Shown piece by piece: positions 18,166 through 25,892 of a DNA stretch of 27,849 bases (position 1 is the first letter of the stretch; every line of letters begins with the position of its first letter). The notes beneath the pieces were generated by a model. The model was given only the letters and a program-made list of their open reading frames with translations. It made no database searches and had not been told where the DNA came from. A program made the position numbers and the translations under genes. Source of the stretch: Candidatus Methylomirabilia bacterium (GTDB lineage: Bacteria; Methylomirabilota; Methylomirabilia; Rokubacteriales; CSP1-6); contig JBGPXN010000050.1 in NCBI GenBank assembly GCA_041492755.1, positions 1-27,849 of the forward strand, written 5' to 3'.

Positions 18166-19478
18166 AGCCGCGGCCGACCCAACTCCCCAAGGGCGCGCGC
18201 ATCTACCTGCCGGACGAGGCCGCGCGCAAGCGGCACGTCGAGGCGCGTCTGTTCGACATCTTCCGGCGCTGGGGATATCGCGAGGTCGTCACCCCGACGT
18301 TCGAGTTCTTCGACGTGCTCGCCATGGGCACGGACCTCGCGGTCCAGGCGGACATGTTCAAGTTCATCGACCGGGAGACGGGCCGCCTGCTCGTGCTCCG
18401 GGCCGACATCACGCCGCAGATCGCGCGCGTCGTGGCCACCCGCCTGCGCGAGGAGCCGAAGCCCATCCGGCTCTGCTACGTGACGAACGTGTTCCGGTGC
18501 GACGAGCCGCGGCTGTCGCACTATCGCGAGTTCTACCAGGCCGGCGTCGAGCTGGTCGGTCTGGAGAAGCCGGAGGCCGAGGCCGAGGTCATCGCGATGG
18601 CGGTGGAGGGGCTGCGCGCGCTCGGGCTCAAGCGCTTCCAGATCGACGTGGGCCATCCGGATTTCTTCCGGGGCCTCGCCGAGCAGGTGACGGCTGACCC
18701 CGAGCAGCAGCGGGCTTTGCGCGCGGCGCTCGGGTTGAAGGATCTCTCGGCGCTCGAGCGCCTGATCGCCGAGCTGCGGCCAGCGGCCGCCGTGGCCGAG
18801 GGGCTGCTCGCGCTGCCGACGCTGTTCGGTCACGAGGAGATCATGGACCGCGCGGCCGCATTCGCGCGCAACCCGCGCTCGGAGCGGGCGCTGCGCAACC
18901 TCGCCGAGGTCCATCGCCTGCTCACGATCTACGGGCTGGCGGAATCGGTCCTCCTCGATCTCGGGGAAGTGCGCGGGTTCGACTACTACTCGGGCACCTA
19001 CTTCGAGGCGTACGTGGCCGACTTCGGCGCCGCGGTGGCCGCGGGCGGCCGCTACGACCAGATGCTGGGACGCTTCGGCTACGAGTGTCCGGCCGTCGGC
19101 TTCGCGATCGACATCGCGCGCGCGTTGAGCGTGATGGAAGCGCAGGACGTCGAGGTGACGCTGGCCGGCCCGGATTTCTTCATCATCGATTTCACGCCGG
19201 AGAAGACGGGTGCGCTGTCGCTGGCCCGCCGGCTGCGCGATCTCGGGGCCTCCGTGGCCCGCGACGTCGTCAGCCGCGGCCTCCCGGACTCGCTCGCGTA
19301 TGCGCGCACGCACCGGGTGCGGCGGGTGCTGGTCGTCGGTGGCCCCGGCACGCCCGAAGGTGTACTGCGAGCGCTCGACCTCGACACCGGGGCCGAGCGC
19401 ACGCTCGAGATTCGTGCCGTGCTGGAAACGCCCGAGCGGTTCTTCGCCGAGGTGATCCAGCCGGGGAGCAGGAGCTGA
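18162..19478 (+). CDS. hisZ: ATP phosphoribosyltransferase regulatory subunit
   Basis: HisRS-like LRADITPQIAR, REFYQAGVEL, DLGEVRGFDYYSG and GGRYD motifs with a degenerate motif 2; directly upstream of purA. Confidence 0.9.
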   Translation: MKPRPTQLPKGARIYLPDEAARKRHVEARLFDIFRRWGYREVVTPTFEFFDVLAMGTDLAVQADMFKFIDRETGRLLVLRADITPQIARVVATRLREEPKPIRLCYVTNVFRCDEPRLSHYREFYQAGVELVGLEKPEAEAEVIAMAVEGLRALGLKRFQIDVGHPDFFRGLAEQVTADPEQQRALRAALGLKDLSALERLIAELRPAAAVAEGLLALPTLFGHEEIMDRAAAFARNPRSERALRNLAEVHRLLTIYGLAESVLLDLGEVRGFDYYSGTYFEAYVADFGAAVAAGGRYDQMLGRFGYECPAVGFAIDIARALSVMEAQDVEVTLAGPDFFIIDFTPEKTGALSLARRLRDLGASVARDVVSRGLPDSLAYARTHRVRRVLVVGGPGTPEGVLRALDLDTGAERTLEIRAVLETPERFFAEVIQPGSRS

Positions 19479-19480
19479 GC

Positions 19481-20806
19481 ATGCCGAACATCGTGGTGGT
19501 CGGAACGCAGTGGGGCGACGAGGGCAAGGGCAAGGTCGTGGACGTGCTCACCCCGCAGGTGAACGTGGTCGTGCGCTACCAGGGCGGCAACAACGCCGGC
19601 CACACGGTGGTGGTGGGGAAGGAGAAGTACGTCCTGCACTCGATCCCGTCCGGGATCCTTCATCCCGGCTGCCGCTGCGTCGTCGGCTGCGGCGTGGTCG
19701 TCGATCCCGGCGCGCTCATCCAGGAGATGGAGATGCTCGTCCAGCGCGGCGTCACCCTCGACGGCAATCTCTTCATCTCCAAGAACGCCCACGTCATCAT
19801 GCCGTACCATCCGGCGCTGGACCGCGGCTCGGAGGCCAAGCTCGGCGCGCGGCGCATCGGCACCACCGGCAAGGGCGTGGGGCCGGCGTACGTGGACAAG
19901 GCCGCGCGCATCGGCATCCGCATGGCCGATCTCCTCGACCCGAAGCTCTTCAAGGAAAAGCTCACCTACAACGTGGCGCAGAAAAATCGGATCCTGCGCG
20001 ACATCTACGGCGCGCAGACCTTCAGCATCGAGGAGATCCTCAACCCCTACCTCGACTACGCGGGCTGGCTCGCGCCCTACATCACGGACACCGCGCTGCT
20101 GCTGACCAAGTGGATCGACAACGGCTACTCCGTGCTGTTCGAGGGCGCCCAGGCGACGATGCTCGATCTCGACCACGGCACGTATCCGTACGTGACGTCG
20201 TCGTCGACGACCGCGGGCGGCGCCGCCACCGGCAGCGGTGTGCCGCCGACCCGCATCAACGGCATTCTCGGTGTGGCCAAGGCGTACGCCACGCGCGTCG
20301 GCGACGGACCGTTCCCCACCGAGATGAAGGGCGAGATGTCGGAGTACATCCGCGCCCGCGGCAACGAGTACGGCGCCACCACCGGACGCCCGCGGCGCTG
20401 CGGCTGGTTCGACGCGCTGGTGCTCCGCTACGCCGTCCGCATCAACGGGCTCGACACCGTCGCCCTCACCAAGCTCGACGTCCTCGACCAGTCGCAGACG
20501 GTGAAGATCTGCACGGGCTATCGCTATCGCGGCGACGTGCTGACCGATTTCCCGGAAGGGGAGTCGGTGTTGCTTGAGATCCAGCCTGTGTACGAGGAAG
20601 TCGAAGGCTGGATGACGCCGACGAGCGGCGCCAAGTGCGAGGGCGACCTGCCCGCCAAGGCGCGACGCTACCTCGAGCGGCTGGAGGAACTGATCGGCGT
20701 CTCGTTCTGCCTGATCTCGACCGGGCCCCAGCGCGACGACACGATCATCTGCGACGACTCGCCGCTGATGCGCTGGTTCCCGTCCGTCCGGTCGACGCTG
20801 CTCTGA
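19481..20806 (+). CDS. purA: Adenylosuccinate synthetase
   Basis: QWGDEGKGK, GGNNAGHT, IGTTGKGVGPAY, FEGAQ, GATTGRPRRCGW and TKLDVL motifs. Confidence 0.98.
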   Translation: MPNIVVVGTQWGDEGKGKVVDVLTPQVNVVVRYQGGNNAGHTVVVGKEKYVLHSIPSGILHPGCRCVVGCGVVVDPGALIQEMEMLVQRGVTLDGNLFISKNAHVIMPYHPALDRGSEAKLGARRIGTTGKGVGPAYVDKAARIGIRMADLLDPKLFKEKLTYNVAQKNRILRDIYGAQTFSIEEILNPYLDYAGWLAPYITDTALLLTKWIDNGYSVLFEGAQATMLDLDHGTYPYVTSSSTTAGGAATGSGVPPTRINGILGVAKAYATRVGDGPFPTEMKGEMSEYIRARGNEYGATTGRPRRCGWFDALVLRYAVRINGLDTVALTKLDVLDQSQTVKICTGYRYRGDVLTDFPEGESVLLEIQPVYEEVEGWMTPTSGAKCEGDLPAKARRYLERLEELIGVSFCLISTGPQRDDTIICDDSPLMRWFPSVRSTLL

Positions 20807-20950
20807 GCGCGATCCCCGACCGCGGGCGGGAGGTATCCAGGCCGGCTGGCAGAGGCCGCGCGAGTGCGATACGGGGTGCCTGCGCGGCGCCCTGAAGGTC
20901 GTCGTGGCGCTCGAAGCCCTCTCGTGACCGCTGCTCGCCGGCGCCGGCGA

Positions 20951-21065
20951 GTGTCGAGGGACTGACACGGAGACGGCCAATCCGGCATCCGGCACCAGCC
21001 GGACGCCCGGGAGTGCGGTCCAAGTTCCCGTCGAATCTATAGCTCGGTCTGGCACCCCGGATGCA
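20951..21065 (+). promoter_or_regulatory. Putative sigma54 promoter with enhancer and IHF-like site
   Basis: TGGCACCCCGGATGCA (-24/-12, GG-N10-GC) at 21050-21065, palindromic gTGT-N10-ACAc at 20951-20968, and AATCTATAGCTCG at 21034-21046. Confidence 0.6.
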
Positions 21066-21103
21066 CGATCAGGCGGCCGATCGCGCACGAGGGGAGCAGA
21101 CAA

Positions 21104-21538
21104 ATGCTTGGCGAGAACAGCTTCCTGATCCTGTCGCTGGGTGCCGTGCTCGTGGGGCCCACGCCCGCGCACGCCGACGTCAACGTTGGCATCAGCATCG
21201 GGACGCCGGCGCCGCCGCCGGTCGTGGTGGCGCTCCCGCCCCTCGTCCTGGTCCCGGCGTCATCCGTGTACTACGCGCCCGGCGTCAGCTTCAACCTGTT
21301 CGTCTTCAGCGGGCGATACTACAGCTTCCACGAGGGCATCTGGTTCTACTCCTCGACTGGTAAGGGACCGTGGACGGTCCTCGCCGTCGAGCGCGTACCC
21401 CGGGCCGTGCTCGCCGTACCGGTCGCGTACTACAAGATCCCGCCTGGCCACGGGAAGAAGAGTCACGGCGATGGTCCCGAGCACGACCAGGACCACCCCG
21501 GCAAGGGGCACGGCAAGGGGAAGAAGGGCCGCGACTGA
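21104..21538 (+). CDS. Exported Pro/aromatic-rich protein with His/Gly/Lys-rich tail
   Basis: Signal-peptide-like N-terminus (AHA|DVNVGISIG), poly-Pro stretch, YYAP..LFVFSGRYY..WF..GPW, KIPPGH and GKGHGKGKK; SD GGGGAG. Confidence 0.8.
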   Translation: MLGENSFLILSLGAVLVGPTPAHADVNVGISIGTPAPPPVVVALPPLVLVPASSVYYAPGVSFNLFVFSGRYYSFHEGIWFYSSTGKGPWTVLAVERVPRAVLAVPVAYYKIPPGHGKKSHGDGPEHDQDHPGKGHGKGKKGRD

Positions 21539-21560
21539 CCGAGACCGGGAGGGGGGAGCG

Positions 21561-22130
21561 ATGAAGCGGATCGTGATGACCCTCGTGGTGGCGGTGCTCG
21601 CGGCCGGGTGCTCGAGCCCGCTGACGACGCGCGAGAAGGGCGCGCTGGCCGGCGGCGCCATCGGCGCCGGCACCGGCGCGATCGTCGGCAGCCAGGTCGG
21701 CCACACGGGTGCGGGCGCGCTCATCGGCGCGGGCGTCGGGGCCATCAGCGGCGCGGTGATCGGTGACGCGATCCAGGGCGCCGAGCAGACAAGGACGCCG
21801 CCGCCGCCGGTCGCCGTCGCGCCGCCGCCGGCCCCCCAGGTCGTCGTCGTGACGCCGCCACCGATCGTCGCACCGAGCCCGCCGCGGATGATCTGGGTGC
21901 CGCAGTGGAACGCGTACGTGCTGGAAGGCTACGACGTCGTGTATTACGAAGGCGCGTACTACTACTTCCACAATGGTTACTGGTGGCATTCTCGGTCGTA
22001 CGCCGGCGCGTGGGTGGTCGTCGCGCCACCGCCACCCGGCATCACGAAGCTCCCGAAGGGGCACCTGCACGCGCACATGCCCACGCGCGACTCCTGCCCT
22101 CCGGGCCTGGCGAACCAGGGGCGCTGCTAG
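21561..22130 (+). CDS. Glycine-zipper lipoprotein with Pro-rich linker and aromatic C-terminal domain
   Basis: Lipobox LAAG-C, GALAGGAIGAGTGAIVG..GAGALIGAGVGAISGAVIG zipper, and C-terminal CPPGLANQGRC. Confidence 0.82.
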   Translation: MKRIVMTLVVAVLAAGCSSPLTTREKGALAGGAIGAGTGAIVGSQVGHTGAGALIGAGVGAISGAVIGDAIQGAEQTRTPPPPVAVAPPPAPQVVVVTPPPIVAPSPPRMIWVPQWNAYVLEGYDVVYYEGAYYYFHNGYWWHSRSYAGAWVVVAPPPPGITKLPKGHLHAHMPTRDSCPPGLANQGRC

Positions 22131-22207
22131 CCCCGGCGTCCTCGCTCCCTGGGCTCGTCTTCGGGCACGTTCGACGTCATCGTCTCGCGGACACATAGGC
22201 GACCGCG

Positions 22208-22213
22208 TAGAAT
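22208..22213 (+). promoter_or_regulatory. -10 element of the tRNA promoter
   Basis: TAGAAT ending 9 nt before the tRNA. Confidence 0.5.
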
Positions 22214-22222
22214 CACTCGCGG

Positions 22223-22298
22223 GAGCCGTTAGCTCAGCTGGCAGAGCACCTGACTTTTAATCAGGGGGTCCTGGGTTCGATCCCCAGACGGCTCACCA
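22223..22298 (+). tRNA. tRNA-Lys (anticodon UUU)
   Basis: 76-nt cloverleaf with acceptor GAGCCGT/ACGGCTC, D stem GCTC/GAGC, anticodon arm CCTGA-CTTTTAA-TCAGG, T arm CTGGG-TTCGATC-CCCAG and encoded CCA. Confidence 0.98.
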
Positions 22299-22301
22299 GA
22301 A

Positions 22302-22853
22302 ATCAAGGACTTACGAGGTACGTCACCGCCTTCATCTGGCCTTTGGTGGTGAAATGGTGGTGAAATGGTGGTGAAAACATCAGGTGTCCTTCATGGAGCC
22401 CTCGTGGCTCCGCGCAGGTGCGCCCGTCGCTCGGACGTCTGGCCGGTGGGTCCTGGTGAGATCGATCGCGGCCTTGCGGGGTGACCAAACGGCGTTGGCC
22501 TGACCGACTCCTGCGCTCCGACGACGTCACCCGGCCCGGGCTCCCTGCCCGCCGCTGCGTCGCGCCATGGGTGGTGAGCCATGGTGGTGAAAACATCAGG
22601 TGTCCTTCGGGAGCCACCGCTCGCCCTGGGTCCGGCCGGACCACCTCAGCAGATCAGCAGATCAACGAGTTGGCCGCCGGACAAGGCTTTGGCGAAGGAC
22701 ACTCGACCGACTCCTGCGCTCCGATGACGTCACCCGGTCCGGGCTACCCGCCACCCACTGCGCCGTGCTGTGGTGGTGACCATGGTGGTGAAAACATCAG
22801 GTGCCCTTCGGGAGGCCACCGCTCGCCCTGGGTCAGGCCGCACCACCTCAGCA
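22302..22853. repeat. Three tandem ~200-bp repeat units adjoining the tRNA 3' end (att/arm-site-like)
   Basis: 28-bp core atggtggtgaaaacatcaggtgYccttc at 22365, 22581 and 22782. Units 22502-22651 and 22705-22853 align over ~150 bp. The 11-mer tggtggtgaaa occurs three times in tandem at 22344-22376. Confidence 0.85.
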
Positions 22854-22901
22854 TGCGCCGAGGTCATCGACCTCATCGGCCAGCTCTACGCCGTGGAACG
22901 G
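22854..22901 (+). pseudogene. IS66-family transposase (TnpC) fragment
   Basis: Translates to CAEVIDLIGQLYAVER, resembling the IS66 TnpC 'I..LYAIER' helix. Only 16 codons. Confidence 0.55.
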
Positions 22902-22924
22902 ACGCGACACGGACCGCGCTCCAA

Positions 22925-22954
22925 ACCGCGGGACCGCGGGACCGCGGGACCGCG
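22925..22954. repeat. 8-bp tandem repeat (accgcggg) x3.75
   Basis: accgcgggaccgcgggaccgcgggaccgcg read directly. Confidence 0.85.
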
Positions 22955-23366
22955 ACGTTTCCCCACGCGCTGAAGCATTTGGCTGCCGGAGGGGGTTTTG
23001 GCGAAGACAGGTATGTAGCGCCCGCGGTGTCAGCGTCTTCAGGTTCCGCCAGTCCGGTGGGGCCACAGCGGTTCTTGTTCTCCGACGTGCCGGCGACGGG
23101 CCGATGCCGACCTCCGTCGACGCGGGCGGCTGACGGTGATCTCTCAACTCGAACCCGACGTGCACCGCTCAGCGACCGGGTACGGCCATCGACGCGGCCG
23201 CGGGCCGCCGCGTGCCGGTCCTGATCTCGATGCCGGTTCCACGATGGGCAATGCTGGAGGAGACGAACATGTCGACAGCCGGGAGAGACCGCCGGCGCGG
23301 CCGGGCCGCGCCGGTTCTTGTCCGGCACTGCGGAGATTGGGTCCGTGCCCGTAGCTTGTCTGGGAG

Positions 23367-24896
23367 TCAGGGAACGAACACCCCGTCAAAGCGTGAGTTC
23401 CGCTCGACCGCGTCAAAGTAGAGCCGTAAGCCGACCGCGTTGCTGTGCCCGCCGCAGAATCCGCCCGTCCCGTCCGTGCCGATGCGCGTGAACACGGCCA
23501 GCGACACCACGTCGGTGTTGCCGTCGAACGGCTCGGGGGTGAACGAGCCGAAGCCGACCACGACTTCCTGGGCCAGTCCCGGATTCCGTGTCACGCCTTG
23601 GATACAGTACGTCTCACCCGCGGCGACCAGGATCGTGTCGTTCTTCCGTACCTCCACCCGGAGGTCGAACCTCGTGCCTTGATCGTCGCTGTTCTTCAAT
23701 CCCACCCAGCCGTGCACCGGATTCAGCGTGGAGAGGAGGCCATTCGAGAAGGCCGGCGCGGCATCCCACGTGCCGATCTCCTTCCATGGATTTCCGCCGC
23801 TGAACTTCACACTGGACGAATCCTTGTATTTCGCGGTCGTCGCCGCTGGCGCCATCGAGTCGAGGAACAGTGTCGGCGGATTGGCCGTGCCGCCACTGCC
23901 ATGGAGGAAGGCCGTGAACGCCCCGGCCGGAGGCCCGGAGGGGACGACGACGAGATTGAGAGGGGCTCCGAAACTGCCGGCCGCCGAGACAACCGTCTGT
24001 GCCCCCGTGACGGGGTGCACACGAAGGACGACGGACAGCGGTCCGCCGAGGTTCCTCGGGTCGGCCACGACGAGGTTGCCGTCCGCTTCGACGGCGATCC
24101 CTTGGGGAGTCGTGATGAAGCCGCCGGAGGCGACGAGGGTCTGCGCTCCGTTCGTGGGGTCGACGCGGACCACCCTGCCACCAAACGCCCCCCCGCCGTT
24201 GACCACGAAGATCTCGCCGCTCGGCGCGACGGCGACGCCACCCGGGCAGGCGAAATTGCCGCCCGACGAGACGATCGTCTGCGCTCCACTCGTCGGATTG
24301 ACCCGAACGATCGCCCCCGTCCCCGGCCCGCACCCCGGACCGAAGGCGTTGGGATCTGCCACCAGGATGCTTCCGTCTGCCTCGAGCGCAAGGTTGTAGG
24401 GGCTGGCAAAGTTCCCCCCGGAGGAGATCAGGGTCTGGGCGCCGGTGCCGGGGTCCACGCGAAATACGGCGCCCGTTCCGAAGGCGGCCTGATCCACGAC
24501 GAAGAGATCGCCGCTTGCCGCGACCGCGATACCCTGGGGCGCCACGAAGCTGCCGCCCGTGGAAACAGTTGTCTGCATCCCGGACGCGGGGTCGATCCGG
24601 AGGATTCCTGTGCTCGTGGCGGCCACGAGGATGTCCCCGTTCGCGTCCAGCGTGATTCCCCAGAGACCACCCAGCGAACCGCCCGTGGAGACCGTCGTTT
24701 GAGCCCCCGTCACGGGATCCACGAGGATCACCGCCCCCGTTCCGAAGGCGCCGTCGCTGACGAGGATATCCCCGGGGTTGAGGGTGACGGCCGCGACCTC
24801 GGCCGCCCCCACGAGGGCCAGGACCAGAACCAGGGTCATGAGAAGGAGCCGTCCGCGGGCAAGGTCGAGCTGGCGTGTTCGGTCGGCGTGATCCAT
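23367..24896 (-). CDS. Exported six-bladed NHL-like beta-propeller protein with C-terminal domain of unknown function
   Basis: Hydrophobic signal, six ~45-aa repeats (G.ILV.D...G.V.RVDP.TGAQT.VS.GG.F..P.GIAV), then a ~185-aa non-repeat domain. SD GGAGGG precedes ATG 24896. Confidence 0.85.
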   Translation of the reverse strand: MDHADRTRQLDLARGRLLLMTLVLVLALVGAAEVAAVTLNPGDILVSDGAFGTGAVILVDPVTGAQTTVSTGGSLGGLWGITLDANGDILVAATSTGILRIDPASGMQTTVSTGGSFVAPQGIAVAASGDLFVVDQAAFGTGAVFRVDPGTGAQTLISSGGNFASPYNLALEADGSILVADPNAFGPGCGPGTGAIVRVNPTSGAQTIVSSGGNFACPGGVAVAPSGEIFVVNGGGAFGGRVVRVDPTNGAQTLVASGGFITTPQGIAVEADGNLVVADPRNLGGPLSVVLRVHPVTGAQTVVSAAGSFGAPLNLVVVPSGPPAGAFTAFLHGSGGTANPPTLFLDSMAPAATTAKYKDSSSVKFSGGNPWKEIGTWDAAPAFSNGLLSTLNPVHGWVGLKNSDDQGTRFDLRVEVRKNDTILVAAGETYCIQGVTRNPGLAQEVVVGFGSFTPEPFDGNTDVVSLAVFTRIGTDGTGGFCGGHSNAVGLRLYFDAVERNSRFDGVFVP

Positions 24897-25058
24897 TGAC
24901 ACCCTCCTTCGTTCGCCGGAAGTCGAGATCATCGCGGCTGTCGTGTACCGTGACCTATGGATGGCTGTATAGAATGAAATTGCGCCCGGGGCGGCCCGCG
25001 TCCCTCATGACCCGTTCGGCCGGCGACGCTGATCCCGACTGCTCCGGCCATGCGCTGG

Positions 25059-25892
25059 TCAGCTCAGGGCCCGGGCATAGACTCCCGGCGTCACCCCCAC
25101 CGTCTGCCGGAAGCATCGGGTGAAGTGGCTCTGATCAGCGAACCCCAGCTCGCTGGCCACCAGCGCCGGCGGCAGGCCTGCCGCCAGCAGGCGGCGGGCC
25201 CGGGCAATGCGGAGGCCCAGCTGGTACGTGTGTGGCGGCAGTCCGGTCCCCGCGGCGAATGCGCGAAGCAGGTGGAAGCGACTGAGGGCGGCCACGACGG
25301 CACAGCGATCGAGGCTGACGGCCTCGGTGTAGTGCTCGTGCAGGTACTCGCGGACGCGCCTGACCGCCGCCGGCTCACGGCGGGAGATACCCATGGACGG
25401 AGCGGTCTCCGCGTATCGCCCGAGGATCTGACGCACCGAGCTGGCCAGGAGGGACTGGCGCTCCAGCGGCGTGGCGGGCGCGCCTAGGGAACCATGGAGC
25501 GCGGCCAGCGTATGGGACAGCACCGGGTCATCCTCGACGTTGGCGGTGGCCAGGTGAACGGTCGAGCGACGGCCGCCCAGCTCCTCGGCGGCTCGCTCGA
25601 TCTCCGCAGGCTGGATGAAGGCGACGCTGAAGCTCGCCGATCCACCCAGGAGCTTCGTCGTGGTGTGGACCTCGCCGGGTTCGATCAGCATGACATGGCC
25701 CTGCCGTGACAGCCGAGCTCGATGCCGATAGATCCACTCACCGCCGCTGTCGACGATCAGGGCAACGGTATAGGTCTCGTGATAGATCCGGAACAGATGT
25801 GTCGTGTCGCGGGCGGTGAGGATCTCGATGCCCGGAAGCTCTGCTGGCCGCTGCCAGACGATGGCCTCGGGGGCCGAGTCGCGGCCGTCTAT
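25059..25892 (-). CDS. AraC family transcriptional regulator (probable ATA start; ORF track shows only the last 210 aa)
   Basis: C-terminal HTH LSRFHLLRAF...PPHTYQ...GFADQSHFTRCF. The frame stays open upstream of ATG 25691 and encodes LPGIEIL...YHETYTVALI...WIYR, an AraC cupin domain, up to an ATA overlapping the upstream stop. Confidence 0.85.
   Translation of the reverse strand: MDGRDSAPEAIVWQRPAELPGIEILTARDTTHLFRIYHETYTVALIVDSGGEWIYRHRARLSRQGHVMLIEPGEVHTTTKLLGGSASFSVAFIQPAEIERAAEELGGRRSTVHLATANVEDDPVLSHTLAALHGSLGAPATPLERQSLLASSVRQILGRYAETAPSMGISRREPAAVRRVREYLHEHYTEAVSLDRCAVVAALSRFHLLRAFAAGTGLPPHTYQLGLRIARARRLLAAGLPPALVASELGFADQSHFTRCFRQTVGVTPGVYARALS

Noticed and set aside
9328..21172. 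Long antisense ORFs (e.g. 9328-11262, 13473-14843, 14927-16405, 17832-19313, 19079-21172)
   Set aside because: These are shadow ORFs opposite well-supported genes, expected from high-GC codon bias.
7322..22298. Functional link between the HEPN protein and the nearby tRNA-Lys(UUU), as in PrrC
   Set aside because: They are 15 kb apart in unrelated contexts, so proximity says nothing about the substrate.
22365..22809. Three 28-bp direct repeats read as a CRISPR array
   Set aside because: The intervals are 173-188 bp, far too long for spacers, and are themselves homologous to each other. No cas genes are present.
22481..23224. 247-aa ORF and other ORFs across the repeat region
   Set aside because: They are translations of non-coding repeats in GC-rich DNA, with no domain signature or RBS.
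23269..23421. Short ORF with strong SD (GGAGGAG) and internal hairpin 23292-23314
   Set aside because: The product has no recognisable features and overlaps the convergent propeller gene. It may be a gene remnant or the hairpin may be a terminator, but neither can be supported.
25059..25892. araC as a frameshifted pseudogene
   Set aside because: Manual translation shows the N-terminal domain is in the same frame with no stop; only the start codon is atypical.
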